From the human T2T-CHM13v2.0 reference genome, Homo sapiens: 64,000 nucleotides of DNA. The notes below the pieces were generated by a model that searched no databases, was not told the DNA's origin, and saw nothing but the letters and a program-made list of their open reading frames with translations. Positions 38,786 to 51,391 of this stretch are shown here, in pieces. Made by a program: the position numbers and the translations under genes. Numbering within the stretch: the stretch's first letter is position 1; the number at the start of each line of letters is the position of its first letter. Location: the NCBI RefSeq assembly GCF_009914755.1, contig NC_060936.1; one strand, written 5' to 3'.

Positions 38786-38959
38786 ATTGTCTTAAGACTC
38801 AAGAGTTTAAGTGTTTTTAGTCTCTGTAGCCAGAGGTAGATTTTTCTTCCAGCTCTGTGCTTGGGCATTTCCCAAAGCGAAACTTCCAAAGGCACATCCT
38901 GTCTTCCTGAGTGGTATTCTTTGAGGCAGCTGAGTAGCAAAACTGAGGCTATTAATGTT

Positions 38960-39550
38960 CGCTTAGCAACTGAGCAGCTACTGTGTATCAGGGGCTCTGC
39001 CTGTGACCAGGGAGTACACGGTCTTGTAGAAGAGAAAACCGGGTACTCAGCTAACTGTGGTACCATGTGCTAGGTGCCAAAGGAGGAACAGAGGGCCCTG
39101 CGTGATCTGCTCAGGACCGTGAGGGAGAGGTAAGAAGAGTTCAAAGGAGAGGTCATATTTCAAACAGACCTTGAAGCTGTTCAAGGCAGAGAAGAAAAGG
39201 ATGGTGTTCCACGAATGGCCTGAGCTAAGGCAAGTGGAAACACGAGGTTTGTTGGAAGAATCGCAAGGACAGCCTGATGTTTATAGAAAGTGGAGAGAGT
39301 GTGGGGAATGACATTAGGGCGTATATGAATGCCATGCTAAGGATTGGGGTACAGGTAACTTGGAGGCCTCATGCAGTTAGACTGACCCCGTTCGATCTGT
39401 GGGTTGACAGGGGGGTGTGAATGGATTGGAATGGGAGAGACCACTGTGTGGGGCAAATGGGAAGGGAGCGTGGTTGCAGCATTTTAGGCCAGAGATGGTG
39501 AGGGCCTGAAGCAAGGCAGTGAGAGAGAAGAATTTGCTCATGGTCAGGTG
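38960..39550 (-). mobile_element. L2 LINE fragments
   Basis: actgagcagctactgtgtatcagg...ggagaggtcatatttc...gaatgccatgctaagga...ggccagagatggtgagggcctgaa. Confidence 0.6.
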
Positions 39551-40150
39551 CATCGGGCCTGTTGACAGCAGAGTTTGTTGGACTGCTCCCACCTATTGCT
39601 TTTTGTCTTCTGAAGTTTTTATAATTTCAATTCCAGTTTAGAGGTCTGTTTTTAGAACATTTCTCCAATCTTATTATACCCATAGTGGCAAGAATGAATT
39701 GATTTGTACAAGATAGCTGGACAGGTTCCTACCTTCAGGCTTTCTACCCAACTGGGCACTTGGAAGGATAGTTTTTCATAGTCTTCATGGGCTAAGTGAT
39801 TGCATGTAATATACAATAGCTGGAGTCTAACTGTAATTAAAACAGGTTAGCCAAGCTACAGGAGAAGTATCCCCCCCATCCCCACCCCCATGGCCCTTCC
39901 CCACTGCCTGTAATCTCTTGGTAACAAAAGAAGTCAAACAAAAATTTCATGCAAGGGTATAAACATACTTTGAGTCATCAGAACCTACCTAGTGGTCCAT
40001 CGAACCTTGGCTCTTCATGAAGGGCTTACCAGGAAGACATAGTCGTTGTTCATATGCAGTTTCTATTCTGAACTGTAAAATGTGAGCGATTACTTTGGAA
40101 AATTAGAAGAAAAAATGAATTTACTCAGGATCCTTAAAAGGTTACATTTA

Positions 40151-40427
40151 TCATGCCTGTAATCCCAACAATTTTGGAGGCTGAGCCGGGTAGATCGCTT
40201 GAGCCCAGGAGTTTAAGACCAGCCTGGGCAACATGGCAAAACCCTGTTGATACAAAAAATACAAAAATTAGCTGGGCGTGGTGGCACATGCCTGTAGTCC
40301 CGGCTACCTGAAAGGCTGAGGTGGGAGGATGACCTGAGTCCGGAGAGGTTGAGGCTGCAGTGAGTCAAGATCGTGCCACTGCACCCCAGCCTGGGTGACA
40401 GAGTGAGACCTCCTCTGGAAGAAAACA
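40151..40427 (+). mobile_element. AluJ SINE, slightly 5'-truncated, with TSD aaaaggttacattta / aacaagtgacattta
   Basis: Starts tcatgcctgtaatccc; TSD at 40136-40150 and 40428-40442. Confidence 0.94.
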
Positions 40428-41627
40428 AACAAGTGACATTTATAGGAGGGTCCCAAACATACAAATATGGAAAGTGAAAATACTACTTGCTACAGGTACT
40501 GAAAGAAAATACTCAGGAGTCATTATTCAACTGAAAGCAGATTGAGGCAAAGGTGCTGAAATATACTAAAAATAATGAGTTTCAAAGAAAATCATCTTTT
40601 GTTAACCTTTGCATTAGTCAGTCCTTATTTTTTCGTTTTAGTCACTCCTTTACAACAATGTGTATAAATATAGAAGATGAAGAGAAGTGTGATAAAAATA
40701 ATTTAAGATTTGGAACATGGGTTTTCAAAGGAAAGGTTAGAGAAATTTGGGGATTAAAATGGACAGACTTTATCATCTTCAATATTAAAAAAAAAAACAG
40801 AAGGATATTTACGAGCAAGCCAATGAAATGATACCAAGAAGTTTATAACACACACTCTGCCCTTATGGGGCTTTCACCTAGCGGCCATGTTTCCATTGTG
40901 CAGTTAACTACTCAGTTATTTTTTATTTCCCAAGAGCACTAAGTGAAAGCAAATGCATGTTAAGTCGTGGGGGCTATTCTGAATGATCAATAGAGCCCAC
41001 CAGAGTCCCTTATAACTAACTACCCATTAGCAGATGTGGAGTTTCCTTCTTGGGGATGGAGGGGACTGAGTCGGGGAGCTTCCTGGATGGGAGTTTGAAC
41101 CAAATAATCTTAATTATGTAATTCCTTTCAATTTTAAGATTTGAGGGCAACTTTAGAAAGAGATAAGTAATTGACTGACCAACTTTATAAAGAGATCAGT
41201 AATTGACCACCCTTGGAGTGTAAGAGTCAACACCTAAAATAAATGTATATTTCTAATATTTTGAAAATAGAAGAAAAAGGAAGAAAGGAGGAAAGACAAG
41301 TTATCTAGTGGAGACGATGAATTTTCAGGTCATCCTTCTAGTTTTTATTTTAGACTTGTGTCTTTAGTTGAAATTATTACAACTTGCATGTATTTTGTCT
41401 GTTTACTCATTATTTCGTCTGTCTCACCGTTCCAAGGTAAGCACCGTGAAAACGGACTGTGTCTTTTTAGTTCTTTACTGTGTTTCTGCCATCAAGCCCA
41501 GTGTTGACACATGGTAGGTACTCAAGACATGCTGGCTGAATGAATCAGTGAGTAGTGAAGGTGGATCATGGGGAGAAGAGTGCTGCAAATACCAGAGAGA
41601 AGGAGAAGAAGGAAGTGGAGGGGATAG

Positions 41628-41957
<330 letters not shown>

Positions 41958-41969
41958 CCAAGCCCTTTC

Positions 41970-42173
41970 TTTTAAAAAATAAATTTTATTGTTTATATTT
42001 GAGATTTACAACATGATATTATGGGATACATATAGCTAATAGAATGGGTTGCTATAGTGAGGTAGGCAACCATTCTCACAGGGGTTTGTGTGTGTGTGTG
42101 TGTGTGTGTGGGACAAGAACAACTAAAATCTACATATTTAACAAAAATTCCTAATAGAATATAGTTTTATTAA
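41970..42173 (-). mobile_element. L1MA 3' terminal segment (non-inverted part), with internal (TG)n at ~42088-42110
   Basis: ttttattgtttatatttgagatttacaacatgat...ctaaaatctac...aatatagttttattaa. Confidence 0.85.
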
Positions 42174-42448
42174 GCCTTAAAAAAGGAGATCTTGCCATTT
42201 GCCACAACATGGATAGACCTAGAGGACATTATGATAAGTGACATAAGCCAGATACAGAAAGAAACATATTGTATGATCTCACTTTTATCTGAAATATTTA
42301 TTTTAAAAGCTCAAATACAGAGACAGAGAATGAAACAGTGGTTAATGCCGGTGGAAATGGGGAGATGTGGGTCAAAGGACACAAAATGGCAAGTGCACAG
42401 GATGAGCGTGTCTAGAGACTTAATGTACAACGCAAAGACTAAAGTTAA
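42174..42448 (+). mobile_element. L1MA inverted 5' segment of the same insertion
   Basis: gagatcttgccatttgccacaacatggatagacctagaggacattatg...ctagagacttaatgtacaac...gactaaagttaa. Confidence 0.85.
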
Positions 42449-43489
42449 CAAGGCCTTTTGGTTCTGTTGCTGTTGTTGCATTACGTAATAGTGTGCTAAG
42501 AACAGGAGACACATAACGTCATCTAAAAAACAGGAGATGAAGTGGGCCGGTGCTCAAACATGCTAGCTCTGGGAAACAATTCAGGATGATTTGCCACTGA
42601 GTCAGGTTTGTTAATTTTTTCTACAATAGCCAAAGGCTCTCAAAAAATCAAGGTTTCCTGGTTTATAAATAATCTCTGGAGGGGTGTGTGTGTTTCAGGC
42701 ATCTGACTCCTTTATTTATATTCTCTGCCCTGGCCTTCAGATGATTTTCGAGCGGCTTTCGATTAGATTATCTGCATTGGGATAATGGAGCAATTTTGCA
42801 GCAAACTGCTTTGGACTGTTCGACTCTTCTCGGCCTGAGTAGCCAAAAAATAATAATAACTTGATTTAGTCTGGTCTAGCCTGCTGTAGTCTGACTTAAG
42901 GATATAATATCCCAGACCTTAGACACTTGACTTAATACATTAACATATTAACAAAAGGGTAAAACAAAATACTAGAAGAAAACATAATAAAAACAGCACA
43001 TTATTTTTCGGGCATTTGACTTGAACCACAGGGTGCCCTCATAATGAAAAGAATATTCCAAGGGAAAGATGAGAAGGCAATTGAGACAACCCTAAGCCCC
43101 TGTCTGCCCACTCAAACCCTCTGGCCACCACTGTACTCTCTCCACCATGAGAAAGCAGGCCAGGAGTCAGTTCAGCTGCCTGTGTTTAAGTGCTTTTAAT
43201 ATCCATGGAGGCACAGAGAAATGAAAGCAGGAGCCTTGAATCTAGATTTTTCCAGAATCCTTTTGAGAGACTTATTGTAGCGGCAGGAGCTCCATTTTGG
43301 GGGGGTCACCCCCTGAACTTTGATGGTTTTCAAATCTTTGGAGGGCCTTGGTCTTAGTGGCTCAGAGGTCCCCTGCCAGGACTTCTTTAGGATGGGGATG
43401 ATAGGAAGCGAACGTTCCTTCTGTTGAGGTGCATCAGCCTTGCATCTGAGTTCTTGATGTCCTCAGGCCTGGCTTCCCAGTTGGTTAAA

Positions 43490-43720
43490 GGAATGAAAAT
43501 AACAACGCCTTTCATTTGCAGTGCAGCTTTAAAAATATTTGCTTTTGCTATCTCATTTTATCCTGATAATAACCGTGTGAGAAAAGCAGGATGGCAGTCT
43601 TACTGTCCTTGTACACATGGAGAAATAGATGCACAGAGGTTAAGTTGCCCAGTTTAGTAAAGGGCAGAGCAGGGACTAGACTCCATTTCTCTTCGCTGGA
43701 AGAGCCCAGCACTATCACAT
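43490..43720 (-). mobile_element. MIR SINE
   Basis: atctcattttatcctgataataacc...gcacagaggttaagttgccca...ggcagagcagggactagactc. Confidence 0.75.
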
Positions 43721-46379
43721 TGCAAGATTGTTTCTTGTAAAACAGTCCTGCATAAAAATAAAAAAGAGTAGAGAGCATGATGTGAATTTCAGCTTTTAGA
43801 GGCTGCTGTCTGTTTTTCATAGGTTAAATAGTGAATCAGTGTGCTCCGAGCTTCCATGAGGGGCAGCCCTCCTTACCTGGCAGGTTACTGAGTTTTCTAA
43901 TGACTTCAGTTTTAGGTGCTAGGAGACAGTAGGGCCACCTGCACTGTTTTGTGAGCAGGACAGATAAGAGGCAAGTGGAGAGGGTGGGAGAGCACTGGCT
44001 TGCATCATACACCCCAGCTGCCCTTGCAGGGCCCGACTGTTACAAGCCAGGTATTTCTAGGACGATTGCATTCCTAGCCATATCTGTTTTCTTTCAGATG
44101 GGGCGTACAATTTACCTTTTGAGTTCTGTAAATGGAATCGAGGTGAAATCTTTACTCTGGTGCACATATGACCTGCAGGTTGATGCTGCTTGTTTGGAAA
44201 GCCCTCTACTTCACAGCGAACAGTTTGTACTGTCAGGTAGACCTCTCTGCCAGGGGACCAACTCCTGTGTATTTGAAAAGGAAGACAAACCTGTATTTTG
44301 TAGAAAGGGTCTATTGTTCCCAGGGGGTGGTTGTGGCCAACTTCTTGGACTCCTTTGGCTGACTCTGAAGAAGGAATTGAAGTCAGAATGCTAATCACTG
44401 ACTTGCACAGGCCTCAACAATCAAACCTCAGGGAACTCAGAAGAAAGTAAACAAGAGCGCTCAATTGCAGAGTCTTGAAGAAGAGCAGCTGTGTAAAGGA
44501 GGCTAGACGTGAAAAAAACGTGTTGGAGAGGAAAAAAAATCACATTCCCTGCTTCTCAAATGGGAAGTCTTAAAAATAATAAAGAATCCTGAGCAGCGGG
44601 CTCATTTCCCATGAGCAGGCTTGCTGTGGCAGGCAGGCTCACCTGCTAGAGGTGGTCTCCTGGCTTAGAATGGGAGCACACCTGTGGGAATCGCAGCGCT
44701 TCTCTACCTGAGCTGGATGTAGATTGTTTGAAAATCCTAGTTGTGCACTGCGTTTCCATCGATCCCTTTCATGCTCCCACTTGTTCCTTTAGTTCCAAAT
44801 AGCAGGCTGGTGTTGAGAATTCTGTCATCATGGGGCGTTTTTTTCTAAATGTGAGAAATGTCGGAAGCATGGGTGTTCTCAGATTGCTTTAGCCACTGAT
44901 GATTTTCCTTTTAGTGTATGGAAAGAATGATTTTCTTCTCAATTTCTCCCCTCTAACCTCCTGCATGTAGATTTATGGATTCTAATCGGGACCTTTCTTT
45001 GATTCAGTGCCAGGTACACAGGCCCCGAGTCGTATGTGGCAAGTGGCCAAGGGGATCGGTCCTGGAGAACGTCATGGCACACAGGCATTGGCCATGGAGT
45101 GGTGATCCCTGGCTCTGGTTCTTCTCCGTCCAGTGACCTGGCATGTCACCTCACAGGGCCATATTTACCTGTTAACTGAGAAACTGAACTAGAACATGGT
45201 TATGATAATTTTAATCTCAACTTTGTCTCCTCCTATCTTATGGCAGTAAAGTGACCTTTTAGCAGGATCAATTTATAAGCCGTTTGAAGTCTATCTTTTC
45301 TTCCCTTAGCAGTTGTATTTGTGATTTTCTCAGCCTGATTTTAAGTTATTCTGTTATAATTTTGAATGTTCTGTTATGCTTCCCTCTGTGGTGAGCATAC
45401 GTCGAAAGCTGTACATTTCCTTCAGGGTAACCTTTGTTTCCAACAGGAGAGAGTTCTCACTACCACATCCAGCCTTGATCTCTTTAACCTAAATTGGAAT
45501 AAGCCAGACAGAGCTGGGGTTCATGGGACAGATGGGAGCATCTCAAGTTTAGGGTTGGGGAGTCTCAGTGAAAAAAAAAAAAAAAAGAACAAGAATGTAG
45601 ACTTGGAATTTGAGAACAGATAAAGCAGTCCTCACTTGTGCTCTGCAAGGGAGTGCTGTTGTCTTCTAAGGTATTGAACAGACTGGGTGGGAAGCTGCTG
45701 AAAGACTGGAAATTTGGGGACTTAGCAAGAAGTATAATGGTGCTGTAACTGCGTTTTCTTAAGGAAACTTGGAGCTGAGGTGCCACCTCCCTGGGAGGGA
45801 CTTTTCCACTGGTTTCTTGCAGTCTGGACATCACAGACGGCCCAGACTCCCCCCTGTCTTGTGTACATTCCCTTCTACAAGCCTTGCTGTGTTATCACAG
45901 GTACCACTTGTAGGCCAGTATCATGGGGGATGGACATTGTTTCATTCTAGGCACATTCAGGAATCGTATATGTACCCTGCCTCGCTTCTGACCTCTCAAG
46001 TCAACTTTTGGAGCTGTTAGTGACTTCCAGAAAGCTGACACCCAGTGCCACTCAACCAACCCTGCTTTTCTGCTGGTTTATTTTTGTTATTCCTACCCCG
46101 ACTCATCTTGCTTTTCAGCCATCAATGAGAATTTATTGAGTTACTCAGACACTCACTCAGACCCTGTGGGAGAGTAGAAAGATGTGTAAGAAACTGTCCC
46201 AGAATTTTGAGGGACTTAAAATCCATTCGAAAAGGCAAGGTCTAAGCACATGAAAAGTTACCTAGCAATATCAGCTCATGAATGGAGAGACAGTTGATCA
46301 GAGAAAGAGAAATGTCTGTTCAGGAGTGGTCAGGGGAGGCTGCATTGAGGTGATGCACACGTGTGGCCTGAAAGCTTGA

Positions 46380-46640
46380 TTCGTTCCCCACCCCCCATTG
46401 TATTCTATATGTAATATTTGATATATAACCAAGAAGCTATGTGAGTTACAAAGCATGATGATACAGTGAACACCTATGAACTCACCACCCAACATAAGAA
46501 CCAAAATGACTGATATTGATACCCTACCTATATACCTCTACCTTCTTCCTCATTCTACCCCTGCCCTCTTATCCCAGTTAGCCACTGTCTTAAATTTTAC
46601 AGATTTTATTCCGTTCCTTTTTTTCTTTTTTGAAAGCGTT
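46380..46640 (-). mobile_element. L1ME-like fragment
   Basis: gtgaacacctatgaactcaccacccaac...gccactgtcttaaatttt. Confidence 0.55.
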
Positions 46641-46684
46641 TGATCTTTTCTTCTCTCCTCCTCTCCTCTCCTCTCCTCTCTTCT

Positions 46685-46815
46685 TCTTTTCTTTCTTTTC
46701 GAGATGAGGTCTCGCTATGTTGTGCAGGCTGGTCTGGAACTCCTGAGCTCAAATGATCCTCCCACCTTAACCTCCCAATAGCTGAGAATATAGGCCTGTA
46801 CCACTGCACCTGGCT
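46685..46815 (-). mobile_element. FLAM (free left Alu monomer) with (CTCCT)/T-rich tail
   Basis: gagatgaggtctcgctatgttgtgcaggctggtctggaactcctgagctcaaatgatcctccc...ccactgcacctggc. Confidence 0.88.
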
Positions 46816-46888
46816 AGATCTCATGTTTTCTTTGGAAATCTAGTAATTGTGATATAGGATCTCTGAATGCAGAACACCTAGGGCACAA

Positions 46889-47304
46889 GTGATGCTTAAT
46901 TTTATGTGTCAACTTAGATGGGCCACAGTGCTCATATGTATGATCAGATATTCTTCTGGATGTTTCTGTGAAGGTATTTATGGATGAGACTAATATTTAA
47001 ATTGGTGGACTTTGAGTAAAGCACATGGCCCTCCGTAATGCGGGTAGGCCTCACCCAATCAGTTGAAGGCCTGAATAGAACCGAAGAGGGAATGCCACAG
47101 CAGATGGCCTTCAGACTTACACTGCACCACCGGCTCTTCTCTGGGTCTCCAGCCTGCTGGCACATCTTGCAGATTTTGGGCTTGTCTGCCTCTGTAAGCA
47201 CATAAGCCAGTTCCTTAAGATAAATATCTGTGTGTGTGTATGCATTTATATATACACACACCACCCTATTGGTTCACTTTCTCTGGAGAACCCTGACTAA
47301 TACA
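46889..47304 (+). mobile_element. MLT2 (C/D-like) ERVL solo LTR
   Basis: gtgatgcttaattttatgtgtcaactt ... ctctggagaaccctgactaataca. Confidence 0.9.
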
Positions 47305-47689
47305 GCATATCACACCTCTCTGTATGCCACGTAGGTAGCACTGCAGAATTAATTTGCAGAGTATTCTCACATCGGGAGGTCAGCAGTATATTAGGCGCAT
47401 ATCAGAAAGGCATTTGGATGATTCTGGCCTACACCATGGAAGAGAAACCTTGATTTTCTGTAAAAGCAAGGCCAGCTTTTTTTGGAGAACTCTTTTCTCC
47501 CTTTTAGTATTCTGTCCCCTCCCAAAGCTCCGTGGCTTTCTCTGGTCATTCAGAGACCGTTATTCCCTCCCCAGCATACATGCACACTCATGTCTATGGT
47601 TTCCCGTACCTTCTCTGTGGAGCCCTGGTTCTGCCTGTTACAAGGAAAGGCATTTAGTTTCTCTGACCTCCTGTCTCCTCAGATGTCAG

Positions 47690-47880
47690 TCTGTATTTAT
47701 TATGTGTCACCATGTACTAGATACTGATTTAAGTGCTTTGCCTGTTTATTCCATGGTATTTTCACAACAATCCCAGGTGGTAACTACTATCATCTTGTTC
47801 ATTTTGCAGTGAGAAAATGGCAAGAAAGTCATAGAAATGGGATTTGAGTCCTGGTAGTCCGACTTTAGAGCGCTTGCTTC
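47690..47880 (-). mobile_element. MIR SINE
   Basis: catgtactagatactgatttaagtgcttt...cattttgcagtgagaaaa...gggatttgagtcctggtagtccgact. Confidence 0.7.
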
Positions 47881-49812
47881 TGACGCTTCTGAAACACATT
47901 ATGAACTGGAAATTGCTCTACAAATATACACTACTGTTAGTATCACAATGCTAATGCTAGTATTATAGTGCGCCTATTGCCTTGGGGCCCTGCGCTCTGC
48001 TAGTTGATAGCTAGGGCATTTTTGGAGCTGATGCAGGCTAATGAGGGTCGTTGATAGGAAAGTATTGCTTTTCCTAGAAAGCTCTGGTTCTTTGACAGAA
48101 GCCTTCTGGTGGCCACAGTTCCTGAGCCCTAAGAAGAAATCCTGTAGGGTACCTCTAGGACATGATGGTTAGTGTAGGGTCATGAGTCTGCTCTCTGGTC
48201 ATGTCAAGAAAGCTGCCCCCTACTTTGTGTTTAAGCAGATCCTGGAGGCTGCAGGATAGCCCATTGAGACTAAGTGGAGACCAGGCATCAGGTGAGGAAG
48301 CCTTAGCTTGGAGGGTCAGAGGCCTCAGCTAGACTTGGTAAATATTTGGCACTTCCTCTCCCTCACAGGACCACAGCAAATGTTAAATAATCACAGCACT
48401 CTTTAGTTTGACCACCACTAATCGATTGAGTTGGGCAAATAGCATGGAAGGTCTTTGCCTATTCTTTGGGAGCTCTGGGTGTCCCCAGAGAATTGAGTCT
48501 GGCATTAAGTTTTGCCTCTCCTTTCTCGTTTTCTTTTCCCAGCCATATTTCTCCAGGTTTTCAGCACAAACTCAACCCGTTATTTTTGTTTCTTCAGTGT
48601 CTTTAACTCTTTCCCTGCCTGTTGAGATGGAGTCTCACTCAGTTGTTTAGTAATGGCAGTACATCGAGAAGACCATCACACAGCAAGAGTTCTAGGAGTT
48701 TCTTTGCCTGTGAGGTTAGTTTTCTATATTTCATTTGTGGAGGGAACAGAAGTGATCCCATTTAAGTGTGGAAACTTTCTTTTTGGAACATTTTCCTTCC
48801 TTTTTCTTCATACATCGTGGTTCCTTCTCTCCTGCACTCTCACATAGATACCAGTATATAGAGATACTGTTTCTAATCCTGAAATTCCTTTTTTGAAGAA
48901 AAGAGAACATTGTGTGCCATTGTTTTCTGCGGGAGATCTATGCTGCGCTTCTGTTTTCCAAACATTTATCCTTAAAGCATTTTCAGATGTCAGTTAAACA
49001 AGGGAGCAATGGCCCCTGGGTCCTGTTAGGGACATACTCTTAATGACTGTAAAATGAATAAGGTATAGAGGAATATTCGTCTGAAGTCATGATTTGTACG
49101 TCATTTCCTTGCTTTCTTCAACATCATTATTTCTGAACCAGAAAGTATTTTGATCAACATTTTGGAGGAAGAATTGTATGGTATTTCCCAACCTTCCCCC
49201 CGTGGGTGGAATTGCATCACTGAATCACTTTTCTCTATTTTTTTCCACTTTCTGTCTCCTGTTTTGTCAAGGCTCCAGCAAACTCCAGCCTTTTTTCTGT
49301 GTTTTTTAGTCCTAAAATTCTAGCCTGGCATCTGCGATTGTGTTAGTTTCCCATCATTATTTTCTAGCCTAACAAGGAAGCCTCGTGAAAACAAAGCGTT
49401 CTGTTTAATCCTCAGGTGGACGTTTGAACCCTCGTAAACATGCTCCCTTCACCCCCCCATCTTACTTTTTAGCAATCTCAGAGATCAAAAAGACAGTCAT
49501 CTCATCCAGTGTAGACAAAGTGAAGTACATTCCTTTCATTTGCCTTTGCTGTAGTCCCTATTTCATCCATCTAATCCGTTTTAAGGGATAAAATTGCAAT
49601 TACAAACATTTCATGTGTGGTCAGATTTTTAGTATTTTAATCTGGTCTGAGACTTAAGATGAAATGACAGTTCTAACAGAGGTCCTGTGTGGAAGAAAGG
49701 ACCTAGGTGCCAGTCTCAGTCCAGTCCCTTCTTAGACGTGTGACTTTGGAAAACCTCTCAGAGACCCATCATCTCGTCGTAGATGGGGATGGTATTACAG
49801 GTCGTGCTCATC

Positions 49813-50158
49813 TGTGTTAATCAGGGTTCTCCAGAGAAACAGAACCAATAGGAGATCCACATCGCTGTTGATGTCAATAGATAGATAGGTGTGTATGTAG
49901 GGATGGCAGGCTGGAGACCCTGGGAAGAGTTGATGTTGCAGTCAGGAGGCTGAACTTCCTCTTCCTTGGGAGACCCAAGTTTTTTTCTCTTAAGGCCTTC
50001 AACTGATTGGTTGAGGCCCACCCATATTATGGAGGGCAATCTGCTTCACTCAGAGTCTACTGACTTAAATGTCCATCTCATCTAAACGGTATCTTCACGG
50101 TGTTCAGGCAAATATCGGTGCCACGTCCTAGTCAAGTTGACACCTGAAATCAACCATC
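49813..50158 (-). mobile_element. MLT2 (D-like) ERVL solo LTR inserted in a + strand MIR
   Basis: tgtgttaatcagggttctccagagaaacagaaccaatagg ... gtcaagttgacacctgaaatcaaccatc; MIR pieces on both sides. Confidence 0.88.
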
Positions 50159-51081
50159 CCCCTCGCAGGAGTTTGTGAGCATCAGGTGTGAATGGTCAGG
50201 AGCTGCAGGCGTGCACGGAGGAGGCCACTGTTCTTCATGCTTGAGCCTTTTCTGTTTCTGCCTCGTTTACTTTCCTTCTCTCTCCTCACTGTTACCCTTT
50301 TCCTCCTACCTCTGACACCTGCCCTTCACCTCCCACCTGCTACCTGAGATGGGAGCCACACGTGAAGTGAGAAGAAGGGAGAATGACCAGGTGGGTGATG
50401 AATTTAAACTGGAAAGAGAACAGATCCTGATGCCAGTCAGGATAGAGTTGGTCTAGCTCTTATGTGATCATGGGCAAGTGAACATGCCTCAGTGAGCCTC
50501 TGATCAGTTTCTGTATGAGGATAATTATATTTATCCTCTAAAATGAGGATAATGATATTTATCTGATACAGTTCTTCTGCCCTAACACATACGTGTGCAT
50601 TGCCTTTGCTTTCAAATGTTTGGTAATCACCTTTTTAGATTTAAATCATTACTCAAATTGAACTCTCCTTCAGCCTTTGTGTGTCTAGACTTTCCGTTAA
50701 GATTAGATTACTTGTTTTACTATGATTGTAAACCATTGTTTCCATGAAGTCTCATAGCAAATGTTCTTTTGCTTTCCTCTTTTGTTACTAGTCTCTTGTT
50801 ATTTCTCAAACATATCAAGCGCACTTCTCCCTCAGGGCCTTTGCGTGTGCTGTTTCCTCTACATGGAGCTCAGATGACTGCATGTCTTTTTCCTAAACTT
50901 CTTTGAGGTGTCTGTTCAAATGTCTTCCACTCAGGGGGGCTTTCCCTGAGCACCTTATAGAAAATAAATAAAATGATATAATATCTGCTCTCACGTTCTG
51001 TTGCACTTGCCTTGCTTTGTTTTTCTTCATAGTCTTTATCTGGAATATATATTTATTTCTGTCTACATCCTCCCACTAGGA

Positions 51082-51253
51082 CAGTGGTTCTTAACCTTGG
51101 ATGTTCATTAGAATCACCCTGGGAGTTTAAAAAAATCCTCTCCTGTGTTCTAGAACAATTAAATTCAGTAATGTTATAAGGAAGAGACTCAGCATTAGTA
51201 TTTTGTAAAACTCCCAGGAGATTCCTATGTGCAACCAAGCTTGAGAACCAGTG
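51082..51253. mobile_element. MER5A (hAT-Charlie) MITE
   Basis: TIRs cagtggttcttaacctt / aagcttgagaaccagtg, internal ttagaatcaccctgggag. Confidence 0.85.
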
Positions 51254-51261
51254 TTCTAGTC

Positions 51262-51391
51262 TAGAACCTTACTTCCCAGAGGATGTGGACTGGTGGCATC
51301 AGCATCACCTTTATTTGAAAGCTGAGTCCAATTCTTCTCTTTGGCAGGACCCACAGATGATGCATATGACATTAAAGCTTGAGATGCACTG
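51262..51391. mobile_element. MER5B-like (hAT-Charlie) MITE, degenerate
   Basis: ggcatcagcatcacc...gatgcatatgacattaaagcttgagatgcactg. Confidence 0.6.
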
